This document shows, in pieces, positions 29,843-37,843 of a stretch of DNA of 39,198 nt (its first letter is position 1; every line of letters begins with the position of its first letter). A program made the position numbers and the translations under genes. The DNA lies in the IMG/VR virus record IMGVR_UViG_3300045988_156947, positions 1 through 39,198 of that record; one strand, written 5' to 3'. Below the pieces are notes generated by a model. That model was given only the letters and a program-made list of their open reading frames with translations, did no database searches and was not told the DNA's origin. This stretch comes from a virus.

Positions 29843-30340
29843 ATGAAATTTTTTAACGGAATTACCACCCTCGATGAGCTCAAAGCGGAGTATCGCCGTC
29901 TGAGCCTAAAGCACCACCCCGACAGAGGCGGAGACACCGCCACCATGCAGGCAATCAACGCCGAGCATGATGAATTGTTTGAACTGCTGAAGAAGCAGCA
30001 CAACGCCACTGCGGACGAGTACCACCAGACCACCGAGACCCCCGAAGAATTCCGCGACATCGTGGACGCCCTGATGCACCTTGACGGGCTGACGGTTGAA
30101 TTGTGCGGCTCGTGGCTGTGGATCGGCGGCAATACCCGCGAGCACAAAGACGCGCTAAAGGCTGCTGGTTGCCGTTGGAGCAAAAATAAATGCCTGTGGT
30201 ACTGGCATCACGCCGAAGATGGCCGTAAGTGGCACCGCGGCAAGGCTACAATGCAGGACATCCGCAGCAAATACGGCTCTCAGGTAATCGACGCAGCCGG
30301 AGAGCGCACCGGACACGCACGCATAGGGGCGACGGCTTAA
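29843..30340 (+). CDS. J-domain (DnaJ-like) protein
   Basis: AAAGGAG RBS before ATG 29843. LDELKAEYRRLSLKHHPDRGGD carries the HPD motif. C-terminal WLWIGGNTREHKDALKAAGCRWSKNKCLWYW module. Confidence 0.8.
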   Translation: MKFFNGITTLDELKAEYRRLSLKHHPDRGGDTATMQAINAEHDELFELLKKQHNATADEYHQTTETPEEFRDIVDALMHLDGLTVELCGSWLWIGGNTREHKDALKAAGCRWSKNKCLWYWHHAEDGRKWHRGKATMQDIRSKYGSQVIDAAGERTGHARIGATA

Positions 30341-30439
30341 CGCCGTCCCCCTGCCCCCCTGACCCCTCCGTTAATGCAGCCTATGCCGGTTACAAGCCCG
30401 GACAAATGCAGAGTAGCGGACTATCAAGGAGGTTTTCAT

Positions 30440-30907
30440 ATGGAGTTAAACAAAATTTATGCGCCGCTCTTTGAGCGGTACGGCAGCCCGACGCGATCGG
30501 CGGAGTTCTCGCGCTCTTACACGCACTTCTACCGCCCCGACCTTATCGAGAGTGTGGAGAGCGTCGCGAGTTATGATGGGCAGGCGAAGCGCGTCATTGC
30601 CGAGTGTCAACAGCTTATCGCGCAACTGACGGCATACCGTCAGGACCTTGTCATCAGGTACGGCGAACTAGCGACCATGAGCAGCCACGAGGAAATTAAA
30701 CTTGAGCGGTATCGTGGCTATGATCGCATTAGCTACTATCTCCGCTTTACCACCGTGTACGAGGATGGCACGCGCTGCGAAACCGCATCGGAAATATACG
30801 AGGGCAAGCAGCGGCACGAAGCTATAGCGCGCTTCGAAGCGCTAAAAAAGGAGCGCCGCAGCGCCGAATTTGTCAAAGACATTGATAAAAAGCAATGGGA
30901 GCGATAG
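30440..30907 (+). CDS. Hypothetical 155-aa protein
   Basis: AAGGAGG RBS before ATG 30440. Confidence 0.65.
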   Translation: MELNKIYAPLFERYGSPTRSAEFSRSYTHFYRPDLIESVESVASYDGQAKRVIAECQQLIAQLTAYRQDLVIRYGELATMSSHEEIKLERYRGYDRISYYLRFTTVYEDGTRCETASEIYEGKQRHEAIARFEALKKERRSAEFVKDIDKKQWER

Positions 30908-31045
30908 CCCCCATTGCCAAACCTGCACAAAGTTTTAGCTTTTGCGTACTGCCATTGTTCTTGCACCTGTGGTATTGTGTTCTTGGGCAGATGCTGGGCA
31001 TAGTTGGTGTTTCATTTTTATCTCCTTTCCCTTTATTTTGTTGGC

Positions 31046-31080
31046 AAAAACGGCGGTCGAAAGACCGCCGTTTTTGTTTT
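31046..31080. terminator. Bidirectional rho-independent terminator between the convergent operons
   Basis: AAAAA-CGGCGGTC-GAAA-GACCGCCG-TTTTT. Confidence 0.85.
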
Positions 31081-31083
31081 GTT

Positions 31084-31527
31084 TTATCCCATATGCCGCC
31101 GCGCATACTCTGCCATTAACAGCGCTTCCGCGTAGCCGTCCGAGGGCTTTTTGCATCGGCTCGTCGGCAGCAGCGACACATCAGGGAAAAGCCGAGAGCA
31201 CACCGCTATTGCGCCGTTTTTATCCGCCGTAATGCTGTATTCCTTTTTCCATTTCTGCGGGCGCACAAGCTCATAGGGCACTCCGTGAGCCGTGAGCAAG
31301 CCGCGTATAAAGCCGAAGTTATCGCCGAAGGAAAACATACTCGTTACCCCCTGCCCCGGCATTGCCCCGACGTGTTCAAGGCAGCACCGCACACCGTCAC
31401 CGAGGGACACAACTGCGGCAAGGGCTTCGTTGTATACCACCTCGGAGTATGCGTGTATTTCTATGCCGTCGGGCTTAATGATCGCCATCGCGCCCTTTTT
31501 GCCTGGGTCGATGCCGATGTATATCAT
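31084..31527 (-). CDS. RuvC-like Holliday junction resolvase
   Basis: MIYIGIDPGKKGAMAII N-terminus and C-terminal SDGYAEALLMAEYA, typical of phage RuvC-type resolvases. Confidence 0.75.
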   Translation of the reverse strand: MIYIGIDPGKKGAMAIIKPDGIEIHAYSEVVYNEALAAVVSLGDGVRCCLEHVGAMPGQGVTSMFSFGDNFGFIRGLLTAHGVPYELVRPQKWKKEYSITADKNGAIAVCSRLFPDVSLLPTSRCKKPSDGYAEALLMAEYARRHMG

Positions 31528-31754
31528 TGCCTCGCCTCCTCTCGGAGGGAATACCTCGCGTAATGCACCCGCTCGCCGTACCTGTTGCGCCCTGCTTCCG
31601 TCGTTTTCACGACATCGTAGCCGAGCTGCTTAATGTCGTGTATTCGGCTTGCGGCGCGGGCTATGCCGTACTCCTGCATTGCCTCAACACTCGTGATACT
31701 GCCGTATTCGCGCATATGCCGCAGCATCCGCTGCACCTGATTGTTTTTGCGCAT
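31524..31754 (-). CDS. Winged-helix DNA-binding protein (76 aa)
   Basis: GSITSVEAMQEYGIARAASRIHDIKQLGYDV...YRL-like pattern of small phage wHTH proteins. Confidence 0.6.
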   Translation of the reverse strand: MRKNNQVQRMLRHMREYGSITSVEAMQEYGIARAASRIHDIKQLGYDVVKTTEAGRNRYGERVHYARYSLREEARQ

Positions 31755-31766
31755 TTCGCCGCCTCC

Positions 31767-32153
31767 TTACCACGGCAATTCATCGTCGTCCGTCGTTATC
31801 TCCTGCATCACTCCGTTGTAGATGTCCGTGGTATCGCCCTGCGGTATAAATCGCTCTGTGTGCTTGGTCGCGGAGGCTACCGAGGCTATCACGGCATTGC
31901 AGCTCACCTTGTCGCGCCACTTGCCTTCTCTGTCTTTTTGCGCTCCCCACTTTACGGAGGTAATGCTCCCGATTTTAAACATTCCTCCCTCCTGCACTCC
32001 GCAGGGGGCATTGTCAACGAAAATCACGATGTCGCGCCCCGCCTTGCTCTGGTCCTTGACGACTATCATCTCCCATTTCTCGCCGTTGGTCTTGGTGCCG
32101 CCGCGCACATAGCCCGCCTCAAGCGGCTCATTAAGCTTGATTATAGTGCTCAT
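31767..32153 (-). CDS. SSB-like protein with acidic C-terminal tip
   Basis: Sits downstream of recT. C-terminus TTDDDELPW resembles the SSB DDDIPF-type tail. OB fold not verified. Confidence 0.5.
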   Translation of the reverse strand: MSTIIKLNEPLEAGYVRGGTKTNGEKWEMIVVKDQSKAGRDIVIFVDNAPCGVQEGGMFKIGSITSVKWGAQKDREGKWRDKVSCNAVIASVASATKHTERFIPQGDTTDIYNGVMQEITTDDDELPW

Positions 32154-32163
32154 TCCGTCCTCC

Positions 32164-32805
32164 TTAAAGCTCGTAGGTAACTACGGGCTTTTCTTCCTTT
32201 TCGGCGCCGTAAGTGTCGCGCACCTCGTCGGCAGTCTGTAAGCCCATCAGCAGGTCAGGGCAAAATACGCGGGCAAAGAATGTTGCCGCTCGGTACTGCA
32301 ACATCTGCTGCGGCATCGTTTTCCACTTTGAGCCGTTTTTGTCTATCCAGCCCTCGGCCTTTGCCATCTGCATGGTGATCTTGGTGCCGGTGCAGAGTTT
32401 GCCGTCGGAAATCCGCGTTGCCTGTGCATAGCAGCTCGCTTGCTCTGCTCCTTCTCCGCCGAAAAAAAATTCAAGCGGCGAGAAGCGCCCCGAGCCGTTT
32501 ATTTGCGAAATGCAAAATTGCCCCGACCATGCCGGCTTGCCCTTGACAATGTAAAGCTGCTGTGCAATGAGCATCGGAGAGATGTTCATTCGCATAGAGA
32601 GATCAAGCGCAATGAGCACATTCTCGGGCTTGTTGCGGTATGTGTCCGGCAGAAGGTCGCTCTTTGAGAGCATCGTCGCCGTTCTCCATGCCGCGTTCAT
32701 GCTCTTTGCGTCCGTCCACATCATCGGCGCTTTGCCCTGCTGCACCGCCACGACCGCTGTTGTCTGCTGCTCCTGAGTGTTTTCCTGTTTCGTCGTTTCG
32801 TCCAT
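32164..32805 (-). CDS. recT: RecT-family single-strand annealing protein
   Basis: LSKSDLLPDTYRNKPENVLIALDLSMRMNISPM...IVKGKPAWSGQ...MAKAEGW...SKWKTMPQQMLQYRAATFFARVFCPD. Confidence 0.85.
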   Translation of the reverse strand: MDETTKQENTQEQQTTAVVAVQQGKAPMMWTDAKSMNAAWRTATMLSKSDLLPDTYRNKPENVLIALDLSMRMNISPMLIAQQLYIVKGKPAWSGQFCISQINGSGRFSPLEFFFGGEGAEQASCYAQATRISDGKLCTGTKITMQMAKAEGWIDKNGSKWKTMPQQMLQYRAATFFARVFCPDLLMGLQTADEVRDTYGAEKEEKPVVTYEL

Positions 32806-32809
32806 TTTT

Positions 32810-32959
32810 TCAGCTCTCCTTTATGTCGTTTTTCGTTACGCCCCAGCCGCAGTAATGCCGCCGATTTCTTCGGGCTGCGTAGGCGCAGACCTTGCGTCCC
32901 ACGCACTCCGAGCAGACTATTGTTTTTTTCTTGAGCTTATCGTATTCCTCTTTAGTCAT
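32810..32959 (-). CDS. 49-aa Cys-rich mini-protein (MTKEEYDKLKKKTIVCSECVGRKVCAYAARRNRRHYCGWG...)
   Basis: ATGACTAA overlap with the exonuclease stop. Its stop lies in the recT RBS region. Below the track cutoff. Confidence 0.45.
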   Translation of the reverse strand: MTKEEYDKLKKKTIVCSECVGRKVCAYAARRNRRHYCGWGVTKNDIKES

Positions 32960-33569
32960 CGGCTTCCTCCTCGGTCTTTTTCCGCTTTCGCGGCGTGATT
33001 TTCAGTGCGTGATGCATGATTACGCAGCTCTCCGCAAGCTTATCCATCGACACAAGCTTGTGCAACTTGTATGTGCCGTCCTTTTTGAGCTGCAAAATCA
33101 CGAGCTGTTTTATGTCCTCGTCGGGAAACATCTTGCGGTAAAGCGTCAGACACACGCTGTAAAGCGTTCTGTGCCGCTTTGATATGCTCTGCGTAGTTTT
33201 TATGTCGAGCAGCGTCGGAACGCCGTCAACGCATCCTAAGCGGTCTATCGTGCCCGCGTAGCGCTTCGCGGGTTCGTAGCTCTGCCGCTCGATGTACTTC
33301 CATTCACACTCATGCTCCTTGCGGAAAGCCACATAAGCCTTGATGTACGGCTCTATGTCCTCTGATATCTCCACCTTGCCGTACTTGTCGAGCACCTCCG
33401 TCGCCTTGTGCACTGCCGTCCCCCGCTCAGCGGCTCGATCGAGGTTGAATTGTCCGATATCGCCGTATATCTCGCGGGAGATAAAGCGCGTTACCTCCGA
33501 CACACTCGGCAGCTCCTCGCCGTCGAGTGTATAGCGGTGCTCCGTATCAAAAAACAGCAGTTTAGCCAT
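32952..33569 (-). CDS. PD-(D/E)xK exonuclease (partner of RecT)
   Basis: FFDTEHRYTL...LPSVSEV, GTAVHKA, AGTIDRLG...TLLDIKTT motifs. Confidence 0.75.
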   Translation of the reverse strand: MAKLLFFDTEHRYTLDGEELPSVSEVTRFISREIYGDIGQFNLDRAAERGTAVHKATEVLDKYGKVEISEDIEPYIKAYVAFRKEHECEWKYIERQSYEPAKRYAGTIDRLGCVDGVPTLLDIKTTQSISKRHRTLYSVCLTLYRKMFPDEDIKQLVILQLKKDGTYKLHKLVSMDKLAESCVIMHHALKITPRKRKKTEEEADD

Positions 33570-33717
33570 TGCTCGTCCTCCTTCCCTTAATTTCGTATCG
33601 TGCGCCCCAGCGCAGTTTGCCGCAGTTGGCGCACTTTGTCCGCGTCTTGTCCTCTGCGATCTTGCGCAGCTCGTATGCCGTGCCGATGCTCTCGGCGCAG
33701 TAGGGGCAAAGCTCCAT
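33562..33717 (-). CDS. 51-aa zinc-ribbon mini-protein (MELCPYCAESIG...KCANCGKLRWG...)
   Basis: CxxC...CxxC. Its stop overlaps the exonuclease start (ATGGCTAA). Below the track cutoff. Confidence 0.45.
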   Translation of the reverse strand: MELCPYCAESIGTAYELRKIAEDKTRTKCANCGKLRWGARYEIKGRRTSNG

Positions 33718-33730
33718 GTCGTGAATGTCC

Positions 33731-33961
33731 TTAATCATCGTTCAGCCCCTCCGCCGTGTGGTATTTCACGCCGAGCATATCCGCAAGCTCTGCCGTGCTT
33801 ATGCCGTCGATCTCCTCGCGGAAGCATTCCTCACAGAGATACAATCCGCCGCTCTCATATACCGCCTCGTCGCCGTAAAGCCACGCCTCGCACTTGTCGC
33901 AGACATAGTCCGGCTTTTCCGTCGGCGGCTCTATGGGGCGCTCAGGCAAATAGTTGTTCAT
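33731..33961 (-). CDS. 76-aa zinc-ribbon protein
   Basis: CDKCEAWLYG...YLCEECF. Confidence 0.6.
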   Translation of the reverse strand: MNNYLPERPIEPPTEKPDYVCDKCEAWLYGDEAVYESGGLYLCEECFREEIDGISTAELADMLGVKYHTAEGLNDD

Positions 33962-34428
33962 TCGTCTCGTCCTTTCGTCAGCTCGTCAGCGCTTATTTCA
34001 AGCGCCTCGCAAAGCTTGTCTATGTAGTACAGTGTTGGCTTGCAAATCCCCCGCTCCCACTGGTACACCTTCGGCGGCTGCGCCCCGATTATCTCGGCAA
34101 GCTGTGCCTTGTTGAGGCTGAGGGTACATCGGCGAGCCTTTATCCTCTCGCCGATGCTGCCGCCGTCGGTCGCCGTGTCAGGGTAAAGCGCCGCCGTGTA
34201 CTGCGCCGTGTCATCGCCGTACATGAGCCAGTCGAGCGTCACCCCGCACACCTCGCAAATGCGCTCAAGGTAGTACAGTGTCGGCGTTGGGGGCATTCCG
34301 TCTGCCTCCCATCGGGCTACCGTCACCGCACTGCAAGCCTCATCTAAAGCCCGCGCAAAGCGCCGCCGACCGTAGCCCGCAGCGCATCGCGCTTGCTTGA
34401 GTCTGCCGTTTAGCCCTTCGGCTATCAT
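33958..34428 (-). CDS. Protein with two tandem XRE-type HTH domains
   Basis: Two LKxAR...TLYYLERICEVCGVTLDWL / IKARR...TLYYIDKLCEALEISADEL halves. Confidence 0.75.
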   Translation of the reverse strand: MIAEGLNGRLKQARCAAGYGRRRFARALDEACSAVTVARWEADGMPPTPTLYYLERICEVCGVTLDWLMYGDDTAQYTAALYPDTATDGGSIGERIKARRCTLSLNKAQLAEIIGAQPPKVYQWERGICKPTLYYIDKLCEALEISADELTKGRDE

Positions 34429-34441
34429 TGCACCGCCTCCC

Positions 34442-34642
34442 TCATCTGAAATTCAGTCTTATGCGCTGCTTTCGCCGTTCATATCCGCTTTTAATCAGCG
34501 CATCCGCCTCCGCAACCTTGTACCGCTTCGCGTTCGCGGCATCCCGCTCTGCCCTCACCCGCTTATATTCCTCGCAGTCGGCGTGGCAGAGAAAATGCCG
34601 CTTTTCGCACTTGTAGCACGGCTTATTGTTCATGGTGCTCAC
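34442..34642 (-). CDS. 66-aa Cys-rich basic protein
   Basis: CYKCEKRHFLCHADCEEY. Confidence 0.55.
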   Translation of the reverse strand: MSTMNNKPCYKCEKRHFLCHADCEEYKRVRAERDAANAKRYKVAEADALIKSGYERRKQRIRLNFR

Positions 34643-35061
34643 CCGCTTATCAATTTATAAAACTGCACTTCGGGTATCAGCGCCCACCGCGTCAGCTCGC
34701 CTATGTTTTTAATGCACAGTATAATCGCAGCTAAAGATATCCCTATCGCAAACGCTATGATTATAATTCCGGCTACATTCGGCTCGATGCCTCCGCCGCA
34801 GTTCCAAAACCAAAAGTTATCCTCTTGGCTTTCTACGCAGCGCTTTCGTGCCGGCAGAACCCATCTTTTCAGCGCGATATAAACGCCTACTCCCCATCCT
34901 ACGCAGAGCAGCACAATCAGCACACTGATTATTATTTCGCACGTTCTATATCTTGCCATGATATCGAACACCTGCGGAATGATGTTGTCGGCAGTCCAAT
35001 CAACCGCCACTCCGATTTTCTCGGCAAGATGATCTATCACCTTTATGATTGCATCGCTCAT
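34639..35061 (-). CDS. Integral membrane protein (about 3 TM helices)
   Basis: Hydrophobic segments IIISVLIVLLCVGWGVGVYIAL and AGIIIIAFAIGISLAAIILCI. Confidence 0.6.
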   Translation of the reverse strand: MSDAIIKVIDHLAEKIGVAVDWTADNIIPQVFDIMARYRTCEIIISVLIVLLCVGWGVGVYIALKRWVLPARKRCVESQEDNFWFWNCGGGIEPNVAGIIIIAFAIGISLAAIILCIKNIGELTRWALIPEVQFYKLISG

Positions 35062-35243
35062 TTCTTATCCTCCATTCTTTTTTCAAGCCTCAGCAGTTTT
35101 ACCTGCTCATAGTCCGCAACGAGCACACGGCAGCCGTGCAGCAGTTCCATCTGGTCAAGCATTATGCGCACATCGGCTATTTCCTCCGCGATCTGATGCA
35201 CATTGTCCGCGCCGCAGCGGTCACAGATCAGTTTTGTCGCCAT
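35058..35243 (-). CDS. Hypothetical 61-aa protein (EEIADVRIML segment faintly MazG-like)
   Basis: Coupled ORF. The motif resemblance is weak. Confidence 0.45.
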   Translation of the reverse strand: MATKLICDRCGADNVHQIAEEIADVRIMLDQMELLHGCRVLVADYEQVKLLRLEKRMEDKK

Positions 35244-35412
35244 CTTCGCCCTCCTCGCAGTTCCGCTCTACGATTTCGGCAATCGTCTGCGCAATGCGCA
35301 AGCCTGTTGTGATGCCTTTTTCGTATTCGTTGGGCGCTTCTTCCGAAAACCACTCGATAAAATCCAAAATTTCAAGCGAGATGGGCTTATTCGGCTTATG
35401 TATCGTTTTCAT
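35221..35412 (-). CDS. Hypothetical acidic 63-aa protein
   Basis: ATGA-type coupling with the upstream gene. Confidence 0.5.
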   Translation of the reverse strand: MKTIHKPNKPISLEILDFIEWFSEEAPNEYEKGITTGLRIAQTIAEIVERNCEEGEDGDKTDL

Positions 35413-35963
35413 TTCTGCCCCTTCCTTATCGTCGTTTTCACGCTCTCGATGCCGTCGCGGACCGTTGCGGTCAGCACATCAAAATTCGCGTTCATGCAAT
35501 CCTCGTTGAGCTTCCGCGCCGTTGTCACCGTCTGGCATATATCGTCTGCCGCTTCTGTTATCGCGTTTACCGCCGCGTCGAGCTTTTCAAGCAGTTTGAT
35601 GATTGCCGCCGCCGTGTTGTCAATCGGCTCTGCGGGCGGCTCGGGCTTCGGTGCTGCTTCTGCCGCTTTGGGCGTTGCGCCGCGATACCGTACCGCCTCA
35701 ATAGTCTCCGCGACTTCCTGCGGCAACTGCGTATCGAGGTATTCGCACGCCCAGGAAATCACCCCCCCGGTTGTCGCGTACCGAGAATACTCTATAAGCT
35801 CATCCCACTGCGCATTGGCAATGTGCTTTACCACAGTGTACAGTTTGTTGCAGTAGCTTCCGCTCACGCCGGCCATGAACGCCGCCTGTTCGCCCGTCTT
35901 GCCCATCGACATAAGCGCAATTATCTTCTCGTTCGTCGCATTTGAAATTCGTCTTGCTCCCAT
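35409..35963 (-). CDS. Hypothetical 184-aa protein with N-terminal HTH-like segment
   Basis: NEKIIALMSMGKTGEQAAFMAGVSGSYCNKLY. Pro/Ala-rich linker. Confidence 0.6.
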   Translation of the reverse strand: MGARRISNATNEKIIALMSMGKTGEQAAFMAGVSGSYCNKLYTVVKHIANAQWDELIEYSRYATTGGVISWACEYLDTQLPQEVAETIEAVRYRGATPKAAEAAPKPEPPAEPIDNTAAAIIKLLEKLDAAVNAITEAADDICQTVTTARKLNEDCMNANFDVLTATVRDGIESVKTTIRKGQK

Positions 35964-35986
35964 TTTTATTCCTCCTTAAAATGTCG

Positions 35987-36643
35987 TTATCCCCACTGGT
36001 CAGCCATTGCTTTGGCTATGCCGGGGAAGGTTTTGCTTCTGATTTTTGCCGTGCGAGGATCATTCCATCGCAGGATCTTGCCTCGCTCATCTCTTGCACA
36101 ATCCGCGCCTGCTCCGACGCTGTATCCCCCCTGCAAAATCTCTCCAGCATCCACAATGTTGGTCGGGGACAAAGCAGGGAGCCCTTTAAGCCACAGACAA
36201 GTCTTTTTCCTGGCATTATGCCCAAACTCATACGGCTGGATAATGCAATCCGGTTTTCGGTAGTACGATGACATTTTGCCTACTGGATTTTCGACGCAGA
36301 TTTTTGGGATATCTGCTTCTGCAAAATGGAGGAAAAACGCCGCGCTCTCAAACCGCAAATATAGCGGTTTCCGCCCCTCCGAAAACCATCTCTCGCCGGA
36401 CGCTGCCAAATGCGTGCACGGCGGGTGAGCTATCAGCATATCCCACTTGCCCACATCATGCTCAACGCCGTCCATGGTAATAATTACCCCCCCATTCAGG
36501 GCAACGAGCGCATCGCCGAGTATGTGCCACTCAGGATGCCCGCCCGACGGCTCGATTATGTCGCAGCTGTACGCCTCGTGCCCCTTTGCGCGGAAAGCCT
36601 TGCACACAGTCTGGCTCTCCTCACAGGCTATCAGAACTTTCAT
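35987..36643 (-). CDS. Cytosine-5 DNA methyltransferase-like protein
   Basis: IAHPPCTHLA (PC motif IV) and CVENPVG (ENV-type motif VI). N-terminus MKVLIACEESQ replaces the canonical FxGxG. Confidence 0.55.
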   Translation of the reverse strand: MKVLIACEESQTVCKAFRAKGHEAYSCDIIEPSGGHPEWHILGDALVALNGGVIITMDGVEHDVGKWDMLIAHPPCTHLAASGERWFSEGRKPLYLRFESAAFFLHFAEADIPKICVENPVGKMSSYYRKPDCIIQPYEFGHNARKKTCLWLKGLPALSPTNIVDAGEILQGGYSVGAGADCARDERGKILRWNDPRTAKIRSKTFPGIAKAMADQWG

Positions 36644-36677
36644 GCAGTATGTCCTCCATTCAAAAATCTCCCTTAAA

Positions 36678-37376
36678 CTAATTGATCCACCTAATCACGG
36701 TCTCGCCGGTATACCCCTTCTGCCAGACAAACCACGCATAAGCCACCGCAGATCCGCCACCGGCTTTCATCTTCTCGAAATCGCCGTTTTTCGCGCACAG
36801 CAGCCTGCCGGATGCTACATACACGCACTTGGGGGGATATTTCTCAAACAGTGCCCTGCGAGCTTTGCCCTCAAGGAATTGCAGTTTAAGAAACATGCAC
36901 ACCTTGCAGCCATCAGCCACCGTGTCTATTGCGTGCTCCACAAACTCTTTGGCGTACTTGTAGGGCGGGTTGGTGACTATATCGCCGTGAAAATGTACGT
37001 TTTCCTTGAGGAAATCGACACCTCCACAGCCATAGCCCCGATCTATCAGGTCGGTTGCTTTAACGATGTGCCCGCGCTTGCGGAGCACTTCGGCAAGATG
37101 CCCTTCACCGCAGGCGCACTCCCATATAGCGGGTGAGAGGCTTTCGACTTCACAGAGTAGTTCGGCGGCTTTAGGCTCGGTCGCATAATAGTCATGGGCC
37201 TCCCGTTCGTTTTCTGTATGGTTGGAGGCTCCGAGGGTCTTGTAGATGCTGTTGCCGTTGCCTATCCAATCCGCAGGCTTCACACTCAATACACCCCCCT
37301 GAACACATTCTCCGAGCCGTTGCCGGTAAAACCACAGATACCCACTTACGTAACTCCCTTCATAAAGCAGCCCCAA
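36678..37376 (-). CDS. N6-adenine DNA methyltransferase (NPPY)
   Basis: WECACGEGHL (SAM-binding-like) and IVTNPPYKYAKEF. The start is uncertain; it overlaps the upstream gene by 31 nt. Confidence 0.7.
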   Translation of the reverse strand: MGLLYEGSYVSGYLWFYRQRLGECVQGGVLSVKPADWIGNGNSIYKTLGASNHTENEREAHDYYATEPKAAELLCEVESLSPAIWECACGEGHLAEVLRKRGHIVKATDLIDRGYGCGGVDFLKENVHFHGDIVTNPPYKYAKEFVEHAIDTVADGCKVCMFLKLQFLEGKARRALFEKYPPKCVYVASGRLLCAKNGDFEKMKAGGGSAVAYAWFVWQKGYTGETVIRWIN

Positions 37377-37843
37377 AAGGTTTTTGATTTTTTGCCGCTA
37401 TGATGCCCGAATAGCGGTTTTCGCCCGATTGCTCGCCATAGTTTATCCGCGGGGATCTGTGTTTCCGACCACTTGAATATCAGCACGCCATCTGGTTTTA
37501 ATACACGCATACACTCCGTGAAACCTTTTTGAATTGTCTGTTCCCAACCTTGATCGAGCTTGCCGTACTTTTTAACCATCCACGAATTATCCCCAGCGCG
37601 TATTAAATGCGGCGGATCAAAAACTACAAGTGAGAAACTGTTGTCGTCGAAGGGTAGGCAAGTAAAATCACACTGAATATCAGGATGTACATAGCACGTT
37701 CTTTCACTAAGCCCGTTTGTGCTTTTCCATATCCCTGTTAATGCTTCATCCCGTTTATCGCAATAAATCGCATTAGGATGATTTTTGTTAAACCACATTG
37801 TGCGAGATCCACACGTTACATCAAGTATCTTTTTGTTGGACAT
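37346..37843 (-). CDS. SAM-dependent (DNA) methyltransferase with DPPH motif
   Basis: ILDVTCGSRTMWF (motif I), VVFDPPH (motif IV), RVLKPDGVLIFKW. Confidence 0.65.
   Translation of the reverse strand: MSNKKILDVTCGSRTMWFNKNHPNAIYCDKRDEALTGIWKSTNGLSERTCYVHPDIQCDFTCLPFDDNSFSLVVFDPPHLIRAGDNSWMVKKYGKLDQGWEQTIQKGFTECMRVLKPDGVLIFKWSETQIPADKLWRAIGRKPLFGHHSGKKSKTFWGCFMKGVT

Noticed and set aside
30935-31156. A minus-strand 73-aa ORF. Its last 26 codons (ATG 31015, MKHQLCPASAQEHNTTGARTMAVRKS) follow a good GGAAAGGAG RBS.
   Set aside because: The long form spans the bidirectional terminator. The 26-aa form lies beyond the terminator of its operon and has no recognisable features. It is left unannotated but could be checked by ribosome profiling.
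31527-32180. A 217-aa plus-strand ORF opposite the wHTH and SSB-like genes, and similar plus-strand ORFs through 32213-38632.
   Set aside because: These are antisense shadows within a tightly coupled minus-strand operon whose products carry clear motifs (RecT, RuvC, methyltransferases).
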